This document shows, in pieces, positions 30,679 through 44,000 of a stretch of DNA of 49,647 nucleotides (the first letter of the stretch is position 1; each line of letters opens with the position of its first letter). Origin of the DNA: Mesotaenium endlicherianum (lineage: Eukaryota); contig WELA01001035.1 of NCBI GenBank assembly GCA_009602735.1, forward strand, positions 88,751-138,397, written 5' to 3'. Both the position numbers and the translations under genes were made by a program. The notes beneath the pieces are model-generated. The model did not search any database, was not told the origin of the DNA, and saw nothing but the letters and a program-made list of their open reading frames with translations.

Positions 30679-33600
30679 CTAGTGCTTACTGTTGGAACCC
30701 CAGTCATACGTTTGATAGGCGATCTTAAACTTCCCGCTCCTTACGAGTCCCAGAAGGCGCTCCTTTGTTTTCGCATCCAGCAGGTCTGCAATCCACCGCA
30801 GCACTTCCGCGTCGCTGTTGCCAAAGTCCACGTGGTACCTGCAGCACAAGGTGGCGCCAGCTGTCAGTCGTACTATCACCACTCACACGTAACCTCAACC
30901 CTTGCGCAAAACCACTACCGCAGGAGCGTCTGAAGAGAGCATCCGCAGACACTGACGCACTCGTTTGGGTGAACCAAGAGAACACAAATAGAAGACGAGC
31001 ATCGCGGAAGTGCCAGAGATGCGGCGATGGCGATGGCGATGGCACTCGCCAGTGTATAATCTTGCTCAGCGAGATGGTCCGCGAGTCGTCGTTGATGATG
31101 ATGCCGCCTCCCTCGAAGAAGGAGCGGCCGGCAGAGCGCAGCTGGTCCTCGACTCCGGCCGGCTTGTAGGTCTTGATGGGCGGGCATGACTTGGCGCCGC
31201 ACACGAGCGCAAAGTGAATCAGCGGCTCGTGCTCTTCCAGAGCGATCTGCCACCAGGAGGAGGAGGAACGAGGAGGAAAAAGGAGGTGAGGGTGGGAGGA
31301 GAGAGAGAGTAGAAAAGACGAGGAGGAGGAGGAGGAGGGAGGAGGCAAAAAGGGGGAGGAAGAGGAGGAGGGCCAGAAGAAGAGGAAGAAGAAGAAGCAA
31401 TCGCGGTGGGAGAGAAATGTTTGTTCAGTTCCAACCCACCCTTGCAGCAGCAGCCGCCTCCCACGCCTCCGTGCCCCCCCCGCCCCCTCCCAAACCTGTC
31501 GAACTCAGCAATGCATGCGCACACCTTGAAGCGCCGCCACCTGGCCTTAGGGTAGGGCAGATGAGGCAGGTGCCATTTAGGGCGCAGGCAGTGCTGAAGG
31601 GATCACGGTGCAAACTCCTATACTCCTGCTTCAGGAAGAAACCATGCAGAGAAGCAACCAATTATTTTTGCCTTGCCATTCCGCATGTGCTTCACGTTTC
31701 TCTTTGCTTCTCTGGCCGTGCAAGGCTGGGGAGGGAGCGCACACCTTGGCGCGGGGGTCCGAGGCGGCAAAGGGCTTCCTGAGAGCGTAGGGCGGCCGCC
31801 TGTTGGCGCGCAGCACCCCGTTCTCCATCTCGCTCAGCGAATAGGCGGCGCCGCCCATGACGTAGCAGTAGGAGGTGAAGAAGCTGGCGCGCTGCAGCGC
31901 GTTCTCGGGGCCGTGGCCCAGCAGCGCCGTGGCGTGCACCACGAGCGCGTTGTAGATGTTGACGAAGAAGGCCAGCTTCTCGCCGCGCGAGAGCGCCGCC
32001 AGGTCCAGCCGCTGCAGCTCCTCCGTGCGCTTCACGTACCTGCGCACACACGCACGCACGTGCGGGCGGGCGCAGGTGCGGGCGCGTGCGCGGGGGCACG
32101 CGTGCACGCTCTCTTTCAGTACAGAGGATGACAAGGGTGGGTGGGGAGTGAGAAATGCGTGGGTTGCAGCACACACCCACACAAGCGCACACGCAGAGAA
32201 CGGCGCGCACACAGGCACGGCGCGCACACAGGCAAAGGTCACTAGCGCACACACATGCACGGAAACACGCACACACACATGCACACACACGCACAGAAAC
32301 ACACACACACACACACACACACATGCACACACATGCACACGCATGCATGCACGCATGCATGCATGCACGCACGCACTAGTTCACACACAAACTTGTCCTC
32401 TCTGGCGGATGGGTAGACAGGTGGAGCCCAAGGGACTCAGCATAGCGCTGCTACAGCAACGAAGAGCGCCTGAGTGAGGGTAAGGGACAAGAATGAGGTC
32501 AAAGAGGGCCCGGTCCGAGAAGACCAGAGTCACAAGGCATCACCCGGTCCTTGTTGCCTCCCTCTGCGAGAGGAGTTCCTTTCCAGCAAACACAAACACA
32601 GCACACGAGGGGGCGCAAGAAACCTGCGGGTGTCCGCGCGAGCGAGCGCGCGCGCGCGTGTGCATGTGCGTGTGTGTGTGTGTGTGCGCATGGAATGAAA
32701 CAACTTACCTCTTGAAGATGTCGCTGGCGGCGATGCCGGCGTAGTCGACGGAGGTGCCGTCCTCGCTAAGGAACTGGTCGTAGATGGCCAGGATGAGCTT
32801 GCGCAGCTGGTCGCCCACGGCGGGCGCGGGCGCGGGCTCCGCCTGGCTGACAGCGCCCGTGAAGTTGAGGCACCTGTCCCTGCTCAGCTCAGGCTCGTCC
32901 TCCAGGAAGCGGTACAGCCGCCCGCTGTCGTCCTCAAACGGATGGTACCTGCAGCCCCGCCCCGCTCGCAACACCACCGTGCCTGACTCAGCACGCTAGG
33001 CAGCACGCTCGCAAAGCTGCTCTACAAGCCTTCAGTCCTTGTACTCTGACCTGACCTCTGAACACCGACGCACGGATCGTAAGCATAGCATTGCCTACAG
33101 CGCGCCGGCACACAGCTTTTTTTTGTTTTTTTTGTTTTTTTTGTTTTTTTTTTGGTCCATTAGAGAATGTGCACCGCAACCGCCACAAGCCCTTGGGACG
33201 TTGGGGAGGGGCATCCCTTCAAACTGTGCACACAGTCAGCATGCTCCTTATGATTCTGCCATGACCTGCAAGCCCACTGCTAACTTGAAGTGATGCCTGT
33301 GCGCGCTCATGCAACAGAAAGGGGGGCGCATGCGTACATTGCATGGGAAGGCTCAGGTGCATGCGCAGGTGGCGGAGATGCATGCACGTGGCACGTAAGG
33401 GAGGTGCACTCACCCGGGGACGTGGTGGAAGAAGTGCTTGGCCATCAGCTTCTGCCCCAGCTGCACTGCCTGCACGCACGCGCGCACGCGCACACACACT
33501 ACGCATGAGCTTCAGGCACAGGACATAAGCACACCTGTTTCGCTCTCACCTGCCCCTTCTTTCTTCATAGGCTCGAGAACAGATCGAGAGTGCTAGACAC

Positions 33601-35311
33601 GTGCAATCAAAACTTAGCACAGTGCCGAAACAGAAAGACACACACCCACACACACACGCGCGCACACACGCACACGCGCGCGCCCGATCGCGCGCCAGCA
33701 GTGTCAGTGACGCCGAGACGGATGTAAGAAAGCTCGGCAGGCGTCATAATCGGGACTGTGGGGCGTGTGCGTGCGCTGCCATCGCGCTTGACACGTGCTG
33801 CACCACCTTCAGAATGAGTGCCATCACCAGTACGAGCTAACGACAGCCCACTTCTCACCTGGGCAGGCCAGCTGTTGATCTGGTCGAGTAGCCAGGGGAA
33901 AAAACCAAAGCAGCCTTCAGACTGAGACAGGCGGTGTCTGAGAGGCCACGAGTTTGGCGAGCTGGGCCACCCCCCTGGCGAGCTGCCCCTCCCCCCCTCC
34001 TTCCTTTTCTAAACAAGAGAGAAAAAAGAATCAAGAAAATAAAAGAGGCTTCAGACCGCGTGCTCACCTCGGGGCGGCCGATCTTCTGGTCTGCCTGCAA
34101 GAAGGCGGCGGCATCGGCGCCCGTGAACACCTGCTTGTGCTCTCTCACCAGCAGGTGCCGGCGGTCCTTCACGCCGACTGCTGCCCTCATTCTTGCCACC
34201 AGGTCAGAAAACTCGTCCTTCTCCGAAGCAAGAGCGGGCGCGTTGTCATCTAGGGCAGCCGGGGCGGGAGGCGCAGGGGCCGAAGGGGGGGGCTCGGTCT
34301 CAAACACCACCTGCAAGCGTGCATGCGTGCCATGTGAATGCATGCATGTCAGCCACATGCCAGAGGTAAGGGATTCCAACATGTGGCTACCTTGCCCTTC
34401 CTGTAGAAGTCCGCCACCTGGCACGTTGCACGCTCGCTAGGGGTCTGCCACCTGGCACAACAGTTTGGATGACTGATATGATGAACTTCATTAATTACAC
34501 CAAGAAGATTCTGATGCAGATTAATGCCTGATTATGTGGACCAATGCGACACTGCATGTCAACTTTGCAGGAGCTATACAAGTTTGCTCAGGCGTCTGTT
34601 GCTTGACATGCGAGCCTCAACATTTACTTGCAGGCACAATGGACTCAAGAACCCATTTGACTAGTACATGTTTTTTTAATTGAACAGGTGTCTCGACATG
34701 CAGTTAGGACCTCTTCTCCATTTGCATCTCGTAGTACACCCTGGTGGGTGTGAAGTGGCAGCAATGCTGTTGTACCTTCAGTTTTGCATCCAACCTCCCC
34801 GCCTCATTCAGGGCCTGCAGGGAGTCGTTCCCGCCAATATGCTCATCATTGAAGAAGATCTGTGGCGCAGACGACTTCTTTGCAATCATCTCCATCTCCG
34901 GCCTTCTTTCAGGATAGACGTCCAGATTAATCTCTACATAAGAGGCACCCTACACGGAAAAGGAACAAGCAGGAAATTTTTTGGATGGGCCTCGTGTGTG
35001 TTAGCTGCTATGGAAAAGCATAGGTGTTGATTGTGGAAGAAGTCTGTAGCTCCGGGCAGCTGTGCATGAGGACCTTCGCCATGGCTATGGGATGCAGATT
35101 TGTATTCGGCCATCCGTGAAGTATATGTGGTTAATCTTAACACTATACTGGTTCAGCATACCTTCTTCTTAAGGAGTGACTTTGCTGCGCGGCAATGAGG
35201 GCATCCAGAGATAGAAAACACCGTAATGCGCCCTTTCATCATGTCCTCATGGCCTTCTTGGATGGGGGCAGCATCAAATTCCATCGGTGTACTTCCAGCA
35301 AGCGTATTCAT
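30679..35311 (-). CDS. Glutaredoxin-DEP-DUF547 multidomain protein (504 aa, 8 exons)
   Basis: Exons 35311-35162, 34949-34776, 34310-34068, 33469-33414, 32948-32709, 32039-31745, 31246-31050 and 30838-30679 sum to 1515 nt. GRX: CPHC, PQIFFN, HIGG. DEP: VKDRR...FTG...AVQLGQKL...FHHV...F.D...LYRF. DUF547: KLAFFVNIYNAL, ENGVLR, IHFALVCGAKSCP, SKIIHWYHVDFG. Confidence 0.92.
31250..31400 (+). repeat. (GGA/GAA)n purine-rich repeat, i.e. a pyrimidine tract on the sense strand of the GRX gene intron 6
   Basis: Visible GGA/GAA runs. Confidence 0.8.
32160..32390 (+). repeat. (CA)n/(TGCA)n microsatellite, (TG)n on the sense strand of the GRX gene
   Basis: Visible run in intron 5. Confidence 0.85.
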
Positions 35312-36285
35312 TTTGCAGAGAATCTGCTGGCCTCAAAGTCTTAGAAGTTGTGATGCCACAGAGTAGAAACTGAACAACAAGTGGAAGGGAAAGGCGGAAG
35401 AGGCGGAGGACGCTTGCTGTGATCTCGCAACTCCCCCAATATCCGCTTCTTATACATCTTCAAATTCCAAAGCGTGGCAGACAACTTGAAGCTCATCATT
35501 CCCTGGTTCGTGAAGTTGTGAAAGAAAGATGGTTGTGCGGAGCCAAGGCGCGAAGCACAGGAGGCAACTTCACGAGTCCGGAGCATGGTCCGGAGCAGGC
35601 CAAAGTCTGGACAAACTGGTCCGGAGTTGTGTACGATATAGTACGTAAAGAGAATCTGTATGTAATGTACGACAGTTATGTCTCTTGCAGGAGATAACGT
35701 GGGTCTGGCCGCTGACGATTCCTGAATCCTGTATCGGCAAGAAATTATTCTACGGTTCCCACGTTTTTACCATTTTGTTTGCCTTTCTACAAATTTCCAC
35801 CAATTTCACCAATTTTCATAACTCCATCGCTGCCTCCATCCTTGATCTGGCTCCATATACCGTCATTTACGTCATCGACAAGGGCGATCGAGAATGCTCC
35901 CACCCCTATGTCGGCTGGTCGGTATGTCGCTCTTGACTTCCAACTTGAAAGTACTGGTCTTTGGCCCCCAAACTAACAAGCCGTACAGAATGTACGTTGA
36001 AAAGCAGAGTACGATCGTGAGCGCTCCTTCTAGAGAAGTTTCCTTCCACGGTCCAGTATAGAAGCGCTCTTTCCCTAGGTCCTGCAAGTGAAGCAAAAGC
36101 TAGTGGGTAACAAGCAGTGCAGTCTGTCACAGGACAAGGACCGTGGCATCTGGCTCGCCCAGATAAATGAGGGATGAAACAGAGCGTAAAACCAACCTCA
36201 AACAACCCGTCCTAAACAATTACGAAAGTGTAGTCTCTTTACCATAATATTAAACGAAGGACCCACTTCGAGATATTTACCAGTC

Positions 36286-37872
36286 ATGAAGTCCAACACT
36301 AGGAATGCTGCTTCGACATCCTCAAAGGCTGAGATATACCAGACTGCAGGACTCTTGGCTATTATCTCCGCTTTCATTTTAGTAGAAGGGACTGTTCGAA
36401 CAAGTGCCGTAGTCAATACCCCCAAGGGCATGTGGGACGGGAATCACGACAACTTCCCCCCAGCAGCTCTTATTACAGGGTCCGGTGAGTACTGGCGCAA
36501 CTGGGATCCTGTATATATGCACATGTATGCCGTATGCATTTCCACTGGATGTAAAATGTAGCTGAGAAGAGCCTGCTTTCATTTACTTCACGGACTGCGA
36601 GAAATCGGGCTAAAAGAACAAAGTCACATGGATCAGTTTATGTTTGCATTTCTGCCACTCATTAGTCTGCAGGGGCAAATAATTTAAACCGCCAGTCATG
36701 CAACTTGATGTCACCTTCTCAAATTCTAGTGGGACCAGACTCGCCCTCTACTATGCTTGTATACATTTCCACATTAGATGCTAAAGATTTAATCTACTGC
36801 ATTGCCGCATTTTTGTATATGTTAAGTTCGTGAGCTAGGTGTATCCTTCAATCACCTAGAACTTTGCGTTAAAGCTGACTCCTGTAAGTGCGCACTTCTT
36901 GACGTGCAGCTGTCGAGGTTCTCTTTGGCCTCACTGGACTGGCAGTCGGCCTTGCTCAGCTTGTTCTTGATGCTGGCAGCCCACTCGCTACAGCTGGCAC
37001 CATAGCCTGTCAGATGCTGGGCTGGTACACGTTCGTGGTGTACACAATAGCCGCCCCGGCATACGCCACGCGTCACAAGGGCACACTCTACCCTGGCTTG
37101 AGCGAGAGCCAGTCTGACTTTGTCGTTGCTATGGGCATCTTCGGTGGAGTATGCTACTGTTTTGCACTTCAGGTGAGGCCGGGGTCCGATTGAATATTAG
37201 GTTGCGAGCAAGCTGGTGTTGTAGGCTTGCTTGCATTGGTATCTGCCTGAGATGTTAATTCTGAGCCTGGATCTACAGCCCATTGTGCTGTGAGTAAATG
37301 AATGTAGCTGACATTGCAGCAACATGCTGAATTTATTTGTGCAGGGAAGCCAGTTCTTTCTGGCCTTCAAGCTGCACAAGATCCAGAGTGGGAAGGGGGA
37401 CCTCTACACGCCGGAGTACTACAGGCCGCGCCTGGGGATGTGGACTGGGGCTGTGCTCATTGCGGGTGCTTCACAAACTGCCATTGGAGCGCTCCTGAGG
37501 CATGCTCTGGGGGCCGGCAGATTTGAGGCACCAGTGGTGTCTCCTCCCTACATGGTGTTTTACCCCGAGTTGACAATTACCCTGGGGTGTCTGGTCACTC
37601 TTTATGGACTTGTAGGCCTCCTCTTCACAGTAGGAGTCATTCCCGCTCGCCCGTCGTCAGCGACAGGCTTCAGTCTATTGGCTGCCTTCATCTTCCTCAG
37701 CCACATGGCGTTCCAGAATCTGGGCCAATCCTTTGCAGGGGCGGCACTGGTCATTGTCAACTCGCAGCTTGTAGGCTTAACTTTCTCACTCACTTATTTC
37801 CCCGCCTACCTTGTAGCTAAGCTGTGCCTCCGAGGGGACATGGTGGTACCGGAGGATGGCTTGGCCGTTTAG
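36286..37872 (+). CDS. Uncharacterised polytopic membrane protein, about 8 TM helices (329 aa, 3 exons)
   Basis: GT-AG exons 36286-36484, 36910-37172 and 37345-37872 join in frame (990 nt). Eight hydrophobic segments by eye. No family recognised. Confidence 0.82.
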
Positions 37873-38807
37873 CATTTCTCTTGCACAATATGGTGAGCCT
37901 GCGTGACACTTTTACTCTTACACGGAGATACCAATAGTGGACTTTTGTGGACATTAGCCCATATGCTCCTGCCAATGGAATAGTAACATACAGCACGTAG
38001 CTCGTAGAAAGACGTAGCTCCACTGCTACTTAAAATTAAGCTAAAAGCGACCCCACCAGTCTGGTCATATACACGGCAAATTCAGTACACTTGTGTGCAT
38101 TACATCAGAGTCACGAATGCAACATCTGTACAGCACTACAATGATAGCGACATGTTTTGTGTACTCAGACCTGATTCTGAGTACAATATGAACTTTCTGT
38201 ACACATATGTACCCCTTTCTTTCATACAACTGTATCTTGCTCTGTCTAGTTCTCTTATATGCAGTGTTGGACTGGACTGAATGGATGGTTATTTATTTAC
38301 CCAACTGTCCCTTTTCATACATCCTCCCCTGGAATGCAGTACACCATAACATGCAGCCGTACACACTCAGGGGTAAAAAGATTTACAGCTGCCAACCAAA
38401 ATAGTTCCATTGAAGACACTGTTTCAGAACTTTGCACCCTAGCAAAAAGGAATGCTACTCCGAAATTTCAACAATAGCACCTGAACATTCTATAGAAAAC
38501 CTGTTGCCGCCCAATAACTAGGAGGATAGTCGACAAGTAAAACACTTGTACCATGCGTGTTTCTCCTCGCTTCCTCTGCAGACACTATAAGAAAAAATAA
38601 AATTCTACATCCAACAGATGCTTCTTCATGGCGCAGTTCAAATGAAAGCACTCCCAAATCTTTGTGAAGCCTCGACTTCATTCATAAATTCTGCAAGCTG
38701 CAACCCCGACACTTGCACGGTGTTTAACAAGGCGGAGAACCCATAGGCGCGTCACCAACCTGAAAACTTCTGTTGGACTTGCCCCAGCAGGCAAGCAACT
38801 GTCGGTA

Positions 38808-40219
38808 TCACCGTCTGCCCCCCAGCATCTGGGCCATTTCTTTTGTCCGCTTGGCTAAGGCAGGTAGGTTTGCCAGCTCAGACTTAGCACAATTCTCAAC
38901 GCACAAGTCGAACTGCTTTTGCAGCTGCTCAACTGTTGGAGAGGCTGCACCATTCATGGCACCTTGCCCTTGCATCACACTCTGCGTTCTCTCGTTGCAC
39001 CGTGCAGTACAGTTCTGCAACCTAGCCTGCACAATTGAAATGCCATTACAAAAGTATTTATCCTGAAAAAAGAATTTACTACACATTCTAGTGCTCAAAA
39101 CTACGGCGAGAAGAGGGAACTGAGTATTTAAGATGATGATGAGGGTGGGGAGTCTATTTGAAAGTGGGCAGATAGTAAGTGGAGGTTCCTCGGTAAAGAT
39201 AGGACCACAATAAGATACACAGACGATATAAAAGTGTCTGATTGAATGGGTAAAAAGTACTATCATTATCATAGGAATTTTCCCATTCATCTGGAACTCT
39301 ATATATTCGTCTGGAAGATGATTAAATAGGAGTTCTTTCAGGAATATTGGTGATGGGAAGTGACGCGTAGTATGTGTCATTGATAGATCCAAACCATGCA
39401 CGATAGAATGTGCAAAAGACAGGCTGCACCAATGCACAAATGACTTGATGCTAAACGAGTAAGAACTCTTAATTTCAATAACATGCCTTCGGCTTTCAAA
39501 TAAGATAGTTACTAAATGGTCATAAAGGCAAAAAAGCAATTACATGATTACCTATCTTCCACCTAGTCAAGAAGTTCACGTCGTGATAAGTGGGGGAGAA
39601 GCTAACAAATTTCGACAAAAAAAAGAGGATGCAAATTAGATCAATTTCGTGATAGATTTTTCACGAGACACCGACATGAATAGTGTATGAAGAACAATTC
39701 CTCTTCTGGAGGATACCCTCCATATTTAATATTGAAGAAAGTATTAAGAATTTTATGCATATTTACCATGGTGCGTTTATACAAGAGTTGTATGGACAGA
39801 GCATTGCAGATACCCGAAGGCTGACCTGCAGGTTCAGGAGTTCCTGTCGGACGACTTGATCAGCTTGCGCTAGGGGCGCTAAGCATCGCTCCACGCACTC
39901 TTGGGTAGCTTGAAATGGTTTTTTGTCATCCGAGACACACTCGTAGCAGCATTTATATGCCGCTTTCTACAATTTCCAATCAAAAAGCTTTCACGACCCG
40001 TAAGATTCCACTCCAATCAGAGTGTGAATAACTGCTGACATCCGGGAAGCATCCATCATGTCTCTGATTTCTCTGCATGGTACAGGCGGCTACGGTTGCA
40101 AAATAGAAGCCACGAAGAGGGTTTAGTCTTCTTGCCTGCTGAGGTCGTGTGACAGACTGCTCAAGGTCTCTAACAAGCCCATCTACACCCTGTTGTAAGA
40201 GCTGAAAAGTTTCCGCCAT
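38808..40219 (-). CDS. FAM136A: FAM136A/DUF842-like protein (147 aa, 3 exons)
   Basis: Exons 40219-40136, 39966-39826 and 39026-38808. Paired CX3C motifs CCYEC, CVERC, CTARC and CVENC; QARLQNC motif. Confidence 0.88.
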
Positions 40220-41005
40220 CACAGTAAGAAATATGGAGCCTGAAAAACTTAAGGGAGTGCCTGTATGTAATGAAGGGATCAGGGCGTGAAATAGGAAGTA
40301 TTGTCCTCTCCGCTGCGCCCCCTCATATACTGTAACATAGGCTCAACGTGGCCTCGTTTAGCTCGACTTTTGAATTTACCGCCTGTTCACTCTTGTGATT
40401 GGGAGCCCCGAGCCAATTCTGGCGCACCTGCGCCAGCCACTTCGTTGCCCGATGTTCCTTACATGCGTGTTGAGGAACTGACCGCATCTATTGGTCAGCA
40501 TGCGAAAAAGCAAATTATGCTGATCGATGGAAAGGAAAGTCCGGGCAAGTTGCTCTCTCGTGCTGCCATATATATATATACCTATGTCCATATGCCAAAT
40601 TGCAAAGCTTGGCAGCTTGGCAACAGCTTGGCAAGTATGTTCATTTGCGATTCATGTCGAGGTCCAGGCCTGCATGCGGAGGGGTGCAGTCAAGCTTTGC
40701 GGAGTTAACCATATACGACGTTGTAAGACGGGCATGCTTGAGTCACTGCAATGTACGTTTAGTTGGTTGCGTTGGATGGTGCATGGGCATACATGTAATT
40801 GAAATGGCGTTTCTTTGCTTCACAGTGACGGAAAATGAAGCATACTGTAAGATTCATTGAAGGTAGCACATATACACATCAAGCGTTCCTTTGGGCGTCG
40901 AAAGCGTGAAACAACTGAGGTCTGCGGTGCTCTTGGGAGCACAATAAATGTAAAGCAGACATGGAGCTTTTGACTGGAATGCCCCTCGCACGCACCACGA
41001 GCACC

Positions 41006-44000
41006 ATGGCAAAGAGCACAACAGGAGGCAGCATGCTCGCAGAGGCTTTCAGGAGAGACTTTACTCCTGTTGTATTTGTGCTTTCTAGCCCCGAATCAGA
41101 AGTGATCTGTCAGAAAAACGGATTATCCTTTGTGGACATTCTGAGACCTCATTGTCACCTACAGTCCATAAATGGTACTCCCACTTTCACGCTTTTGGTT
41201 CAAGTTAATGAGGTGAACAGTGGAACTCGTGCAGAGCACACAGAACACTTTGTAGCCTCAGTTTGTAGTCTCTAGATCAGGCTACCTTATTCTTGTCCTA
41301 TCCAATGCGCACTGTTGTTGTGAAAGTTGTTCATAAAGACATACCTCACAAACACATTCGGATCATGACAAGAGGCGGTAATAAGGGGGTGACTGGTGTA
41401 TTCCCTCGTAAATATCATGGCCACACTTCACATGGTTCCTTCTACATATGTTGACTCGTCTCTGCCGTTACTGTTGCATGAAAGCTTGGTCTTCGAACAG
41501 GGGACTGTCGTCACCTGAACAGCATGATGGCTCCCTCCCACTATGCACACGAAGTCTGCTCATTTTCTATCTGGTTTGCCGACACGCAGTGCCCGTGAGG
41601 ACTGCCAGCGACCAGCCCTATAGGCTGCAGGAATTTCGGCTCAGAGTATTCTATGCGTCTGACATCAGCCAGCCCAGCAATGAGGTGAGGTCTCGGCCTT
41701 CGTCATCGCGCCTCCCTGTAGTGTAGGATCAAGCATGGGGGCTGTCTGGCTGCATTGTGATGACGGCATGACCACGTGGGTGTAGCTATATGGTCTGATC
41801 TCGACTGGAGGTCTCTGTTCTCCTGCACCCGGTTATAGGAGTTGCTTGCCCTGTGCAGCCAGCACATTGCACCTCGTTGGTATACAGTAGTAAGAAAGGA
41901 GCTCTAGTCGAAACATCATAGACTGGCAAGCCCTATGACTAGGAGACGGGCTCAGAGGGCTGGAGAACGGAGGGGCTGAAGGGCTGGGGCCCGATCAGCA
42001 GAAATGATGGCAGCAGGCTGTCATGAACCTTGGGGGGGGGTAGGGTTGGAGCACAATAGCAACCCTGCATTGAGGAGAGGGAGCTGGCTGTTGCCTACAT
42101 TGCACGGGTTGTCGTAGGGTTTCAAGGTACCCTACCGCCTGACTCCTTAGAACGTGGCTTGGGGGACTGGGACAGGTGGCAGAGGCGTATTTGACGCAGC
42201 TCGTCTCGGACGCTGCGGACGAGGCGGCCTCTGAGGTCGCAGGCAGCGGCAGCAACATCCCAGCTCTGCTCCAACGTATGTCGTGCTTGCCAGCTCCGCC
42301 AGCTGGCATCGGTTGCAGCCACGCCAGCTGGCAACTTGCTGCAACTGGCCACTTCATGCCCCCCCCATGTCACTCACGTTGGGGCTGTGCATGCATCGCC
42401 GGCTGGACGAGTTTGAACTTCCTGTACTCTCGGTTGGGCATTCCACCCCTTCTGAAGAGACACTGAACTCTCTTGGATGGCGGTGGGGGTCACAGTGGCA
42501 CACGGCGAGAAGGAGTCGTCGTGGTACCAGCGCTACTGCCGCCAGCTGTCGCGCTCCCTCTGCTTCTCCGACCACGAAACTCTCGACCACCCTGTCGCCT
42601 GTACATACCTTTCCCCCCCCTCCTCCCCCCCCCTCCNNNNNNNNNNNNNNNNNNNNNNNNNNNNNNNNNNNNNNNNNNNNNNNNNNNNNNNNNNNNNNNN
42701 NNNNNNNNNNNNNNNNNNNNNNNNNNNNNNNNNNNNNNNNNNNNNNNNNNNNNNNNNNNNNNNNNNNNNNNNNNNNNNNNNNNNNNNNNNNNNNNNNNNN
42801 NNNNNNNNNNNNNNNNNNNNNNNNNNNNNNNNNNNNNNNNNNNNNNNNNNNNNNNNNNNNNNNNNNNNNNNNNNNNNNNNNNNNNNNNNNNNNNNNNNNN
42901 NNNNNNNNNNNNNNNNNNNNNNNNNNNNNNNNNNNNNNNNNNNNNNNNNNNNNNNNNNNNNNNNNNNNNNNNNNNNNNNNNNNNNNNNNNNNNNNNNNNN
43001 NNNNNNNNNNNNNNNNNNNNNNNNNNNNNNNNNNNNNNNNNNNNNNNNNNNNNNNNNNNNNNNNNNNNNNNNNNNNNNNNNNNNNNNNNNNNNNNNNNNN
43101 NNNNNNNNNNNNNNNNNNNNNNNNNNNNNNNNNNNNNNNNNNNNNNNNNNNNNNNNNNNNNNNNNNNNNNNNNNNNNNNNNNNNNNNNNNNNNNNNNNNN
43201 NNNNNNNNNNNNNNNNNNNNNNNNNNNNNNNNNNNNNNNNNNNNNNNNNNNNNNNNNNNNNNNNNNNNNNNNNNNNNNNNNNNNNNNNNNNNNNNNNNNN
43301 NNNNNNNNNNNNNNNNNNNNNNNNNNNNNNNNNNNNNNNNNNNNNNNNNNNNNNNNNNNNNNNNNNNNNNNNNNNNNNNNNNNNNNNNNNNNNNNNNNNN
43401 NNNNNNNNNNNNNNNNNNNNNNNNNNNNNNNNNNNNNNNNNNNNNNNNNNNNNNNNNNNNNNNNNNNNNNNNNNNNNNNNNNNNNNNNNNNNNNNNTTGC
43501 TCAACAGTTCCAGCCACACAAGTCTCTCCTGGAAGATATATTGACCCGCGAGTCACTTTGCGCCTGCTTTGAGGAAGTGAAACTTAAGACCTTGTGCGCA
43601 TGGGAACGCTGGCGGCGGAGGTGGGGGAGGGGGGGAGGGAGGGGAAGCAGTCACGACAGCACTTTGGCAGACCTGCATGGCCGCTGTGTTGGCAGCCGTG
43701 GAGATGAAAGGCCTGTCACTTGACCGTGGTGTCATTCCAGGGGCACTCGCATCTTTGAGCTCAGATCAGAGCCCAGGGTTTTGCGCACTGTTGCGAGCTT
43801 CTGCACAAAGGGGAGCTTGCCTCGTGGAAGGTGAAGGGCCTCCTGTGACCCGAAGGCGCACGACCTGACAGGGTGCAGAGGGAACCCCGGCGTGGCGTGG
43901 CATGGCATGGCAGGCATTCTGGTGGTGCACTCGGGACAGAAGGACCCCGTCAGCGCGTTCCGGGACCTGTACACGCTGGACAAGCTGCCGGCCCTGTTCA

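Noticed and set aside
39027..39539. 170-codon upstream extension of ORF 38808-39539
   Set aside because: It lies within FAM136A intron 2 and the spliced model explains the conserved part. No recognisable motif, though an old insertion cannot be excluded.
42283..43723. ORFs of 328-429 aa
   Set aside because: They span the N gap at 42637-43496. The same applies to ORFs over 2798-2955.
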